Positions 43,621 to 56,600 of a stretch of 64,000 nucleotides of DNA are shown one piece after another (within the stretch, counting starts at the first letter, position 1; the number at the start of each line of letters is the position of its first letter). Source of the stretch: Takakia lepidozioides (Eukaryota > Plantae > Bryophyta); contig CM060733.1 of NCBI GenBank assembly GCA_030704615.1, forward strand, positions 11,718,001 to 11,782,000, in the 5' to 3' direction. Under the pieces are notes generated by a model. It was not told where the DNA came from, did no database searches, and saw only the letters and a program-made list of their open reading frames with translations. Made by a program: the position numbers and the translations under genes.

Positions 43621-45162
43621 TCAAAGAGGGGCAGGAGTAGGATTAGTTGAGGTGGGATTAGTTGCATTGTAACCACCTGATATTCTTCGATTGGGCAAGG
43701 ACGTGGGTCCATGACCTGATCGAATTTCAGAGGCTGTTTCAATTTCACCAGTGTTTCTCAGTTGCTCCCGTCGCTTGAGTTCAAAATACTTTTTCTTGAT
43801 CACATCCAGTTCTTCATTCAAACGTTCAATCTCAACTTTGTACTCGTTGATTTGTATCTGCATTCACCAGATTGACTTTTTTCATCAGCAAACGAGACGT
43901 CAAGTTGGAGTATAAGTGCAAAAGAGCTTGAATCCTCAGTTGACTTGTTCCATGTGAAACATTGGCAATGATAACACTAAACAGTGACAGCTGGGAGACC
44001 ATTGATCATTGTTAGAAAGATTCACCTGAAACATATTGAGTTCAGAGGCCATAGCTTTCATTTGCCTTGTCTTTTCACTTAGGTTGCGTGAATAGGCAAC
44101 CAACTGCTCAGACAATTCGGGGCCTGGTTGGCGTGCCAATATACTGCGCAGCTCAATATACAACTTCTCTTTCTCTTGTATGAGCAAGTCCTTCTCCACC
44201 ACCTGCCACTATTAAACACCTGTATCTTTAAAGTGTAACTTCAGCACATCTCAAGAATTTCGAACTTACAGGGAACACTCTAGTTTCCTTCAATTAAGTG
44301 ACTCTTATGACAGAAAAGCTGGACGATCTTTTCTGGATGCAAGTGTTTACGTAGGGAGCAGAGGGTAAGTGACTGGCCTCCTCAGTCTTGAGAATAAGGC
44401 GCTTTTGAAGGGTTTGAATCTTCAGAATCATTTCGTAGGCTTGTGGGTCGGAGCCTTCAAGCTTGCGCCAACGATGCACATTGAGTGGGTTTTCCAGCTC
44501 CTCTGAAAGTGCTCTCACCTGTATTTGGGAACACAATCTGGTAATGAAGGAAGTTGGTTTGATACCTCCAAGTTGCTTATCCTCTCTTAATCTGTTCAAG
44601 AGACACACAAGACTTGCACAAAAAATGCATGGTGTAATGGGGGTGTAATTACCTTGGTTCGTTCTTGGTTAAGTTGCTGGCTCAAATTGTGGATTTCACG
44701 CTTCAAGATATCTAGATTTTTAATATTGTGGGAGAGGAGGGCGTGATCACGCTTGAGGTCAGTAATCTTCATCTTGAGAATGCGGAGCTCATTCAGGCGG
44801 TCGCGATACTGTGCCTGCCCCTTGACGAGAGTTGACAACTGAATCTTCATCTTCTCATACACCAGGGCCAACTCCTCGTTTCTCCGTATTAGCTGCACAG
44901 TGCGAGAGAATGTCCTCAGGGACCATTCCTTGCCAATGTTCGCTATCACAACCCTTCTTTATGCACACATGAGAAAAGAGAGATTGTACTCATAAGACGT
45001 TGTTTGCCGTAGCCTTGTGGCCATTGACCCCGCGCCCAGTTTGAGCGGGAAAAGAGAAAAGAGAGAGAGAGAGAGAGAGAGCGGGAGAGAGAGATTAATA
45101 TGCCAAATGGACAAAAGTACGACAACACAGTACAATCAGCAATCCAGGGACAACTCAGATCT

Positions 45163-45193
<31 letters not shown>

Positions 45194-48100
45194 GAACCAA
45201 TAACATCACGCTCACTTCTAGTAAGTTCAAGCTCTTTCTTCTGTTTGAAATTCTTATCGTCTGCTTCGCTAATAATGTGGTTCAAAGTGTCGATTTGGGC
45301 CAAGTGCTCCGTAATGGTGGCCTGTGCATCCTTCATCTTCACAAACGCCTTGCTGAGATCCCCCTTTAGTCCTTCCCTCTCCTTCTCCACCTGCACCCTA
45401 ATCCTACTCTTCCTTCAAAGAATGCTATCTGAAAGATGCTTCATGTCACAGGGACCAGCGAGGTGTCAAGCAAAGGAATCTGACAAACTAGAAGAGAATC
45501 GATTAGTAATCCAGACATGCCTTCATGTGGTCGAAGTGCTCCTTGATGAGAGCAACATCTTTGGAATTGAGCTCATCCTTCAACTGCTCCACTAAATGAT
45601 TCATTATCTTGAACTTGCGCTTCATTTCATCGATTTCATCTTGCGATTCGACGAGGTTTTTACTATAAAGATTGCGCTCACTCCGAACAGCCTCATAAAC
45701 ATTTTGATGTTGTTTCATCTTGCTCTCTCCCTCCCCTATCTTTTTCTGCAGGTCCAAAATTTGTACGTCTTTGTTCTTCACTTCATCTTGTGCCTGCCCC
45801 AGAAGATCTTCTTTGTCAAATCCATTGCTTGAAAGGCAACAACCAAGGAGATAAGTAAAGCATTCCAGATGTTGAAATTTCGAGATCATCATGTTCCTCA
45901 TAAAGCTTCAATCAATGCAAGTAAAAGAGATACAAACAACAAACACTGATGAGGAAGTCTTCTGAGATCACACATGCATGAACTTTGCTGCAGCAGCTGA
46001 TGCCTCTGCACCATATTTTTGACTCTGCTTCTCCAGGCTAAAAATGATTTTGTCTTGTTTCAGGGCCGCATATTTGTACTGGTTCACCTCTAACTCGAGG
46101 TTTTTGAATGTCAGAACTCCAACCTTCACCAACTCGATCTGCTTCTTTGTTGCTTCCTCAGCCTATTCCAACCAAGCCATAAAATGCATGAGCTTGCGTT
46201 CCCTCTTATTCTGTGCTCAGGCCCCTTGGTTGTCTTTTCGAGAAAAGATAAGAGGAGTGAATAACAAGAATTAGAAGCGATGGAAGCATAGAGAGAGCAG
46301 AAGCAGCACTGTCATGTCCTCAACTGACCTTTGGCACTCTTGTAAAGTGTCATTGGCCATGAAACCAAGGATGTCCCAAATAACTAAAATCTGGTGCTCT
46401 GAAAGTTTGCATTAAATATTGCACAAGATGTTTCAGGCCATCTTCATCAACTGGAGCCTTGAACATTCAACTCCATGTTCTTACTTCAGGTGAGGTAGAG
46501 CCAGAATTACCAACTGGTTTGCAGTAGGAAAGAGTGAGACAAACAAAGCAACTTATTACATGTCCAGTAGCCAGACCATGAGACATAATGTTTCTAAAAA
46601 ATGAAGTTGTCACCTGGGTTTTTGCTTTATTAAGCATATCTTTCTCCCGACTGATCTCATCCACTCGCCTCCGCTGCTGATCTACCAGCCTCTTCTGATC
46701 TTCAATCTCCTTTTCCAGCTTCATTCTCTGCTCTATCAAAAGATCCCTTTCCTTTTCCAGGTCCTCTCTAGCAAACTCAGCTGACTTAAGTTTGTTCAGA
46801 GTCGTCTCTCGCATCTACCGACCATCCCATCCATGCCCACCCAGCCAGAGGGCACATGTCAGCTCAAGGCAACTTCTGATTGATCATATCCAGCCTTCAT
46901 TCAGTCTCACTCACAAATTTCTTGATATCTAGAGCGTTTTCACTTCCTATCAAACTTTTTGAAAGTCATGACCACAAAGAAGATCATTTTGAACTGCGAA
47001 ATGTAGAACGTATCAAACAGCTTAATTTTTTTAAGAACATGATTGTCAGTAATACCTTGTTAACCCGAGAAGTCTCCTGTTTTTGGTTTTCCAATTCATC
47101 ATCCTTGATCTTCAGCTCCACCTGCTTCTCGCTGTTCTCAGCCAGTAGCTGTGTATTGTTGCTGATCTGTTCCTCCAAGTCTCCATTTAGTTTTGCCATC
47201 TGCCATAATGACCACAAAGCACCGGGCACAAAATGCGAATGAAGTCAGTAAAGAGTCCCGACTTGATCCAGATTATGATGCCTGCCAAGTTTGATCTCAA
47301 ACCCTGACCTCAAGTAACTTGAGAAGTCACTGAATTAAACTTTTGCATTCATATGTGGTTTGAGGTTGGAGGGTTACCCCAGAAAAAGAGCAGCGAAGAG
47401 ATGCTGTTGTATAAGATTGTATACCCTAAGGACCATCAATTCAAGCTCCTTTTGGGCTCTATCAGCTAGCAGTTTGTGCTCTTTGAGTGTCTCGTTCAGT
47501 TTGGTAATTTGATCTTGGCTCTCCCCAACCCGTTCCTGCTGGGCTTTCAGTTCATTGTCCCATGTTGCCATCTGAGACTTCAACTCCCTCACTTCTTTGT
47601 CCATGCGATCTTTCTTCTTCACTTCTCTGCAGGATGTTTGAGCAACCCCCTTTGTGTGTTTGCCATGATTTGTTTCTATTACTATTCCCATCATAAAATG
47701 AACGGGCCTTCCTACTTGCTCTTCAGAAAAAGGCATGAAGGAGAAGTATTGATCAATCAAGTTTGGCAACATTCATGCGGCACATGAAGGAACCCAAATG
47801 CTCCTTGGTGACCAACCTCTTTTTCCCAAAGCACCGAGGTCTCTGTTTAAAACTTCTGTTGCTTAAATGTGATTAAGAATGGCCATAATTTGATAATTCT
47901 GGACATTAGTCTAAGGAGCAACAAATAGGTAATTTGTAATCGTGTCTATAATATATGCGAGTATAACATATGTAAAGATTATGAATTTGCAGGTTCTATT
48001 ATCCACTCTACTCTTTTCCAGAATAAATAAAGTCATTTGTGGTTTGCTACAGCTTTGATATAATTGCTCTGGGTGCTGAGTGTCGCTTTGCTAGCCAAGA

Positions 48101-51100
48101 CAATGACCGAGGCTTGTAGATAGTAATAGTCTATTTTCGGATACCTGCTCCTCTCTAATTCACAGAAAAGACGAAAAAGATGCACAGGCAAAGGTCAATG
48201 AAGAATACCGCTCAAACTCAGAGCGCTTAGTAGCAAGCTGGTCTTTAGTCATGCTAAGATCCCGCTCTAGATCAATCTTCTCTTCCTCTGCTACGTTCAT
48301 TTTCTCGGCCCAGTCCTCCAGTTCCTTCTTCATGTTCTCGATCAGAGCTTTCTGTGCGTCTCTTTCCTTCATCACCTTTTCTTTATCTTTCTCCAAATCA
48401 TCCATCTGTCAACCCAACAAATTATCTGAGAATTGTCACACCACTTACTGCAGCACCATTGACACTCTTTGCCTCCCACCGACACCTCCCTGACAAACCA
48501 TCCCTTGCAAATTTGGCACATGCCTCCCTCTGTCCTCCACATTCCTTTAAGACGACCCCATTGCCACTTTTAAGTGAAAGACATTTGCCTGTACATTTCG
48601 TATAGATTGTACTCATAAGACGTTGTTTGCCGTAGCCTTGTGGCCATTGCCTGTACATTTCGTATAGAGACAGTACATATACCTGTGCGTCTTGGACAGC
48701 TGTAACAGCAGTGCCCTGATCCACAATGCCACCCAAGGCAGCAATCTCGAGCTTTAGTTGCCTACATCCAGGCCATTGTCGCAAAAAGCACAAAATAAGG
48801 ATCCCTTTGTTACTGCCCGATAAGTTGCCCATAACCAGCCTTTGGTGATGCAATCACACAGTTTTCTCAGGTGAGATCTTGATATCTGGTCTCAACAAAT
48901 TTTCCAGCACCACAGGACATGCTAATAACTCTAAGGTTACTATACCGTGTGTCGAAATTCTGTGTACTAAGACAAGGCAGGCTAGTGACTCCGACCATTG
49001 AAAAGTAAACCAATGGGAGTTGATAAGGTAACAAATGCCCACTATTCCACAATTTTCCAAGAAAGTGTGTAACTCTTCTTGCTGGAACATCTTGATGATT
49101 TAGGGAATTTTCTCATTAATGTGGTAGATGATACAGTAGAGGTCAGAGCCCAAACTAGAGAGAATGTCTTACCAGCTGCAAAGCAATCATATAATGCTAT
49201 AAATAACTTAAGGCATAAGGTAGAGTAGGGATAAAGTACATGCAGAATTCTGATAACATAACTGCCATACCATGCTTACGCCCCTGAATGAGTCCAAGGC
49301 ACTCCATGGTTCTTCTCTTGAAATAACATCTTATTTGACATAAGATACGACTGTAGCCAACAGAGAGATGGGATAACCAAATATGGGTTTAAACGAGTAT
49401 CTCTTATGAGTGGGCACATACTGGATGTTGTCCTTTGCCTTGGCCTCCTTCGCTTGTGAGGTATCCACCATCCTCCAGGCCTTGTCGATTTCTGCCTTGA
49501 GAGCAAGTATGGTGGCTGCGTCCTCCTCGTTCATCTTCAGTGCATTTGTCACTTTCTTTGCATTCCTTTGAATTTCGCCGTTGAGCTCCCGACATTTTTT
49601 AATCAGTCTTTTCTCACTCTCTGCATTTATCAAAATGTGGGACCAGAGATCATGAATACTGTTGCGAGTCAGTAACATGAAGTGGTAAGACTTCAGAGAG
49701 AACAAACAAAGGTTCCATGACTCAGAATTGGGGAAGACAAGATATGAGTGGAAGACAAGGAGCAGATATTACTCTGTGCACCACTGGCGGGGGAGCAAGA
49801 GGTGGCGAGAGCCATTTTAATATCAAGCAAAAACTTGAAAAGAAAAAAAGATATCCAGGCTTCAAGTGCCAAGCCTACTCTGCGAACCACTGCAACATAC
49901 CATGTGATTTTTTGAGTGCACGGTGTAGCTTCTCGTACTCTCCACGGAAGCGATCAAGGCTCCTGTCTCCTTCCAACTCTGTCAAGACCTGCGGCCATTA
50001 TACGCCTTCTAATAAGTTGTTGAAGTATTTACAAGAAACATGCCATGCCCAATGTATTAGGAGTGGCTGGTGGAGGCAAATTGTGCACTAGCGGCCTGAA
50101 ATCTCCAGAGGGAACAAAGAGTGATAAAAATGAGAGAGAGAGATATAGAGAGAGACAGTGCGAGATCCTTGCCCTCTTCTCCACTGCCATATCAACCCCT
50201 GAGTCAAATCATACAAGATGTAGTTAAAAGCTGCTGTGCTGCTGCAATGATATACCTTTGAAGCCACAGTACACGAAGTAGACCTCCACAGCTGTCAGTG
50301 GCTTTGCACCTGGTACCTTACCAGAAAGGAAAGCAGGAGGAGAAACAGACAGAATCCTGCCGTGACAGGCCAGTAAACTATTGACTGGGCTTTGGGACAC
50401 TCACATAACACCACCACTTTCAACCTCAAATTCTCAAAATTGCTCATGTTTTACAGGGATGAAGTGAACCCTAGATTTGAGGGCAAACTGCTGTGGCATC
50501 TGAAGACCATTCTTAGAAACAGAAAATAAGAGCTGTGGAGGATTTTAGACACAACCTTTCTTTTCAATTTTGGTCCTCTCTAAGCACGAGGTAGGGGTCC
50601 TTGAAAGGAGCTACAGATTTGTGGCAAGTGCGGCGTCATCACAGACTTAAGTACTGTCATCCATTGCAATGCACCTCTGTAGTTACAATCAGCCAGCTAC
50701 ATTTGTAGCTCTCCTATAAAATCAGGGTTTCCACAGTCCACCCCATATTTTTATTGAATTGAGTACCAGGGTTCATGAAGCTGAGCAACCTGTGCTCCAG
50801 TAATTGAGATTACAAATCTAGCGATCGAAACAGGGAACAACGTGACGGTCTTCATTGACCATGGTGGCGTGCATCGTGTGAATGGCTTGTTTGCCAGCAT
50901 GTTCCATCCTACGAAGTAATAACTAGCTTCTTCATGTTGCGTCTTTCTACAAGCCCTACATGCCGCTCTCAATCGGCTACCATGAGTTTAGAAGGATAGT
51001 ACGTGTCCACAAAGGGCTTGTGACATGTCCATTCATAACAAAGGCAGTTTCTTATTGAGATCATGGCTCGAAGTCTGTTCACAAGTCGAAAACAGACAAA

Positions 51101-51428
51101 ATTGTACACTTCCAACTCCGTTTTTGTGAATTTCCATTTTTCAAGAGAAGCATAGTCGGAAAGAGAACAAGGAGAAGACCCAAGGTCTCCGGCATAAAAT
51201 GTATAGTCATCAAGTTCCTTTGTGATGTCTCTGCAATATATCATTTTCCCTCCTCCTTGCCGAATTGTTTTTGGCCGATAATCAAGTGCTGCTCTCTTTT
51301 CGTGATGCAACATTGTGACTACATACCTCTTGGAAGTCCCGCTCGAGAGCATCAAACATCCTTGACTCCATGGTTGGTCGCATTGAGACTTCTTCCGCCT
51401 CCTTCTTTTCATCCTCGACGTCCGCCAT
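43621..51428 (-). CDS. CFAP58: Cilia- and flagella-associated protein 58 (multi-exon)
   Basis: Exons encode FDALERDFQE, FRGEYEKLHRALKKSH, EKRLIKKCRELN...EIDKAWRMVD, YEAVRSERNLYSKNL, LIRRNEELAL, LSEELENPLNVHRWRKLEGSDP, ILARQPGPE; ATG at 51428, stop at 43621. Confidence 0.93.
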
Positions 51429-52358
51429 TTTCCAATTCACTACAAGCGCCAAACAAATCCTACTCTCTCCTTCCCTCTCTCTCTTTCTCTCTCCTCTCCG
51501 ACAAAAACAACACACTCTCTAGTGCTATCTTTCCGTTGCACAATGTTGTCACTTTCACCCTCACATACCTCTCAACACAAATCTTCATAATCTTCCTCTT
51601 CCTACCGCCATTAATAACCATCGCAAGAGCATTACTACCACGGCAAACAAGACGAAGGGGGAAGCAGAGATGCAAAGGCAGGCATGGAATCGCTCGGTAG
51701 TTTCCAACTCGACAAACACTTCCCTCCTGCACACCCCAACGCTCTGTGCACAATCCCCGCGAAACAACCACACGTGGCAGCCTCGGAGAGAGACACACCT
51801 TCTGTGGGATGAATGATCTTCAATTAAGTTATGGATGAGAAGTAAAATAAACAAGGCGTGATACACACTTAGGCCCTGCCACTTACTTCCATCCCCTTCT
51901 CCAAAAACAAAAAAAAAAGGATACAATAAATAAAGGATTGGGAGGACTCACAATAGACTGAATAGAGTGCCATGCAAAAAGAAAAGAAAAAGAAAAAGAG
52001 TGCCATGCCGTTTCTAGTACGTTTTTCTTTTTCATTGCCGCTATGGTCCAGATTTGAACCCTGGGCCCGTTATAGAAAAGCGACACCTAATAATCCAGTC
52101 CGCAGAATGGAAATATTTTTTCGTTATAAGATAACCTTTATGAAGGGTATCTCTTTAAAAAAAAAGAAAAAGGGTAAGTCTTAGTAGTTCCTCAATAATG
52201 GTTTATTTCGAAAGAGGGTCAGGAGTAAATCCTCTTCTAATAAATAAAAACAAAAGAGAAAAGAATGTGCCAAGGAGGTGCGGGATATACCTAAAAGGGG
52301 ATTTGAACTGTGGGCCAGTTGCCGTCCCTAGAGGTGTAGGTAATGTTGTCTGGTGGGG

Positions 52359-52397
<39 letters not shown>

Positions 52398-53676
52398 GTG
52401 GCGTGGGAGGCGTGGGAGGCCTGGCAAGCAGGCGCAACCTTACGAGGCCGTCCATGGCGAGGATCGTGCGTGGTGCGGGTCGATGTGAAGCATGAGAGTT
52501 TGGTAGTTAGTTTAGGTGCGATCGGGAGGCTCTTTGGAGCGATTCTGGTGCTGGTGGTATTGATATGAGTATGGATGGGGCGTTGACAGTAGGGAGATGG
52601 CGAGGAAGGGAAGGCTGTCGTTGATTCTGAATAGGTCAGAAAAACATTCGAGGAATCAATTTTTGTAAGGAATATGATGATTACAACGATGTTATGTCCG
52701 TGTTTGTAGAGGTCAGAAAGAGGAGTTGAGGAGAGGTTGTTATCGAGAGGATGGCTACACATTGAGAGAAATCTATGGATAGCATAAGGATGTCGCTATC
52801 AGAAACTGGAGCTGGAGAGGAGGTGCTTACGGTGGGTAGACGGCCGTTGGAGGAACAGTAGGGGTGGGACTGTAGAAGTTGGAAGGAATCCATAGAGAAT
52901 TTTGGTGCTGATCGAAAGGAAACCTTAAAGGTAGAGAAGACGTAGGTCACAGGAAAAGGCGCGCTTGTGTGTGGGAGAGACATGTAGGCAGGGTGGGGAG
53001 AGAGCAAGGGGGCCACGTGTTACAAGAATGATCGTGAACATGAATGAGAAGCAATCTGATCACAGAGAGGAAAGGCATAATGAAAGGGTTCAATGAAAGA
53101 GGGGGATAGGGTTAGAGGATGATGGATTGCCTTTTGGCGATCTAGCAAGCATTTGACCCAGTAACTTTGCATTTGCAGGATACAGGCTTGCACTTAGATG
53201 CAGTTTGCGATGAGAGTTACTACAAAATTCCAGTCCTGTTATATTCTTCCTCACTATATTTCTCTAGGTTAGTCCTCTATGTTTCTCTCCTCTCACGGCC
53301 TCATCTTCTTCGTCCAGGGTGTGTGTGTAACCTTGTGCTCAGCATTGGATGTGTTTGCAGCGGCCTTTCTTCAAGAACAACCTGTTATCATCTTGTGGCG
53401 TCATACTGAGGTGACAGGCATGCAAAGAACTTCAAAGCCATTTCTGCCTTAAGATGTTCCAACAGAGTCTTCTTTTCTGGCTTCACTCCGGCATGACCTG
53501 TCATGCTTCAATTCAGTTTGGTGTTTGATTACAGAAGGCAGGTGGGACAAGTTTTCGGTGAATATGGCTATGTCTGTGAGGGTGCTAACAATTTTTTGAC
53601 AGGTTCAGGTATACATGGTGCACTGTCCAATCTCAGGACTTGCATACAGCATTCAAATCTTGCAGCTAATCTACAA

Positions 53677-56600
53677 ATGGCAAATGCCTGGGATGTCTTG
53701 TTACTTGAGAAAGAGAGGGGAAGGCCTCGTCCACCAGAAGGTTCTTGTAGCACAGATGGAAATGGTTCTGCAAGTTGCAGTTCCAGTGGCAGTTCGGGTT
53801 GCTACTATTCGAGGGAGGAAATGGATAGACTCTCTCCTTCACGAAGGGATGGCATTGATTCTCTTAAAGAGACATATTTGAGGCATTCTTATTGCACCTT
53901 TCTGCAGAAGGTTGGCATGCACTTGCAGCTGTAAGACCTCTTGCTCTTGGTGCCATTGCTCCTCTGGGAATCTTTCTGTTGCACCCCCTCTTTTCTACAC
54001 TCCCCAGCGTTTGATCACGGCCCAATCTCTACCTTTAAAGTCCGGTTGATCTGTTTGTCAGTTTCTCGTGCAAGTGAGAAATTTATGTCTTTGCAGCTAA
54101 AGTCATGCTGTCTACAGGTCAATATTGTCTTTGGTCACTCGATCTTTAGAGAGGTCAACAGCATAGCCTCTAGAAGGGAATTCATGTCAGGAGACCCTTA
54201 ATGACTCAGTTTATCTGTGAAGGAGCAGTGATCAGTCTTTGTTATTGTATGCTGGACACTTTTGTGCTTAGATTTTGTCTCAAAGCAAGCATGAAATCCA
54301 TCAGCTAGAATAGTTATTTTCTGGAGATGAAAGTGTGGTCTGTGGATGTACTTTGATCTATGGCAAGGGTGCAGACCTCAGCAAACTATTGCAACAGCAA
54401 TGGTGCTCTGCCATCGATTCTTCCTTCGGCAGTCCCATCATTCCAATGACAGATTTGTGAGTACCTCGTTTGGTGGGTCTTTGAGCTATAGTGGTCCGTC
54501 TGCTTTGGCAGTTTATTATCTTGTATTATTTGGGAGTTGGGAAAAAAGAGAGATGCTCCCCTTCTTTAGGTCTTGCAGAAGTTCTGTTCATGACCTGCCA
54601 AGGGGGAGGGTAGCCAGTCAAGGGGGAGGCCACAGGGAGCAGAAAGTGGGTGGGAGAAAGATAAAGAAGCATTTTTTCGGGGAAGGTTTGTGAAACAAGG
54701 CTACCTATGAGCCTTCGCATAACAAACTCAAATTTGGGGATTTGTGATGGCTTTCGCCTTTACATTTTCATGTTGTGATCATAAATTGAGATGCAAATGG
54801 TATGAATGTAGTCTTGATTGAATGGTGTTACTTCAAAGCATTGAGCATCCCGACCTCATTTTAAGAAAGAGGAAATATTCTTGTCAACATACTTGTTCCA
54901 CCCTCTAATGAATTGCATTTGGCATGCAGGTTGTTGCAACCAGCTGTTTGTTCTTGGCTGCAAAAGTTGAGGAAACTCCTCGACCATTAAACCATGTTCT
55001 TCATTTTTATGAGATTTGTCATCGGCAAGACTTCACCATACTCCCTGACAAATTGCGAAATGTTAGGCCCAATTCCTTACTCCAGCATGGCCTGGGTTGT
55101 TGTCCTGTACTTAATATTCTCGCTCTTGATAGTCTTCAAGTCTGTTCTGTGTATTGTTGCAGACCTCAGAGATTTGAATAAGTCACTCTGTGCTTAAAAC
55201 AATCTGAAGACCCTTCTGAATGCTTTCATATGCTAGTTCTGTTTGACATGTTGATATTCTAGCTTGTAAGTGCTGCCACAGTTTGACTGCTGAACTAGTG
55301 AAGGGTAATATAAGCCATAGGGTTTCTGCTGCCCTCAACCTTCTGAGCTACGAGATATATATATGAGAGAGCTACAGATTTTTCGAATGTGGAGAGACCA
55401 TGTAAGGTCGCTGGGCTAGTGGTCGCAGTAATTCATTGAAGTGTAATATATTCCATGGGGTTTCTTCCACCCTCAACAGACCTGAAGCTTCTACATATAT
55501 GTGAGACAGGTCATACAAATGTGGATAGGAATTGCTAGCAGCTTGTAGGTCACTGGGTTAGTGGTCTCTGTAATTTTTATTGAAGGAAAATATTTTCCAT
55601 GAGGTTTCTTCTGCCCTCAACAGACCCTGGGTACTATACATATATGAATTAGGTCACATGTATGTGGACAGGAATTGCTAGATAAGCACAAAGAGCTGGT
55701 GCTGGAGGCTGAGCAGTTGGTGTTGACGACACTCGACTTTGAATTGACTGTCCATCATCCATACACTCCACTTGTCTCGTTTTTCAAGAGACTAGGGCTG
55801 GCCAACAGCCCTATTCTGCAACTTGCTTGGAATTTCGTCAACGATGGGTAAGCTAAGATTTCTTTCCAAAGTCTTAGTCTGTTGTATGATACACACACTT
55901 GAGGCAATCAAGAAATGACTTGTGACTCATGTGAGCAAACAGTTGGGCATACACAACTGGAAGGTGGGTGGTGTACTTGCGTCAAGTTCATTTTCTCTTT
56001 GTTATCATGGCAGTTATGTATTTTCATGCCATTTGTATTGCATATCGATATGTGCGTCTTGTGGGGTGACAACTGATTCAACATGCACTCCTTAAGCTGC
56101 CTATGCAGGTGCTTATGATAGAGGTCCATTTTGCCATTGGAAATACTACAAACCTTCTTTGCAAAACAGAAAGACAGTTAGGAGGGGTTTAGTTGTGGTG
56201 CACTATTAGGTAGGATGGGTGGTTTATTTTATCTTCCTCCCCTTGAGCTAGTACCATAAATGGAGTAGTGTTGGGTTCAGTATTTCAATGCAGTGTGCTG
56301 CTGGTGAGGTTGCCAAAGGGCTATATGCTTTAATGTATAAGCTGCCGATGCAAGTGCTTATTACATGAGATTTTTCTTTGCATTGGAAAACAAGACAAAA
56401 TGGAAAACAGAAACTCAAGCCATCTCAAACTAGGAGGGGTTGTTGTGGTGATCAAGCCCAACTATCTCGTGCTCAACGATAGGCGGGTTTCCTCTTTTTC
56501 TCTCATCATGGTCTTTACTACCTTAACTGGAGTAGTGTTGGGCTCAAGATTTGAATACATCACGATGCTGGTGAGGTTTCCAACCTCTTTGTTCTATTAT

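Noticed and set aside
50969-51412. 147-aa ORF as a separate gene
   Set aside because: Off-frame read-through of CFAP58 exon 1 into intron 1; no recognisable domain.
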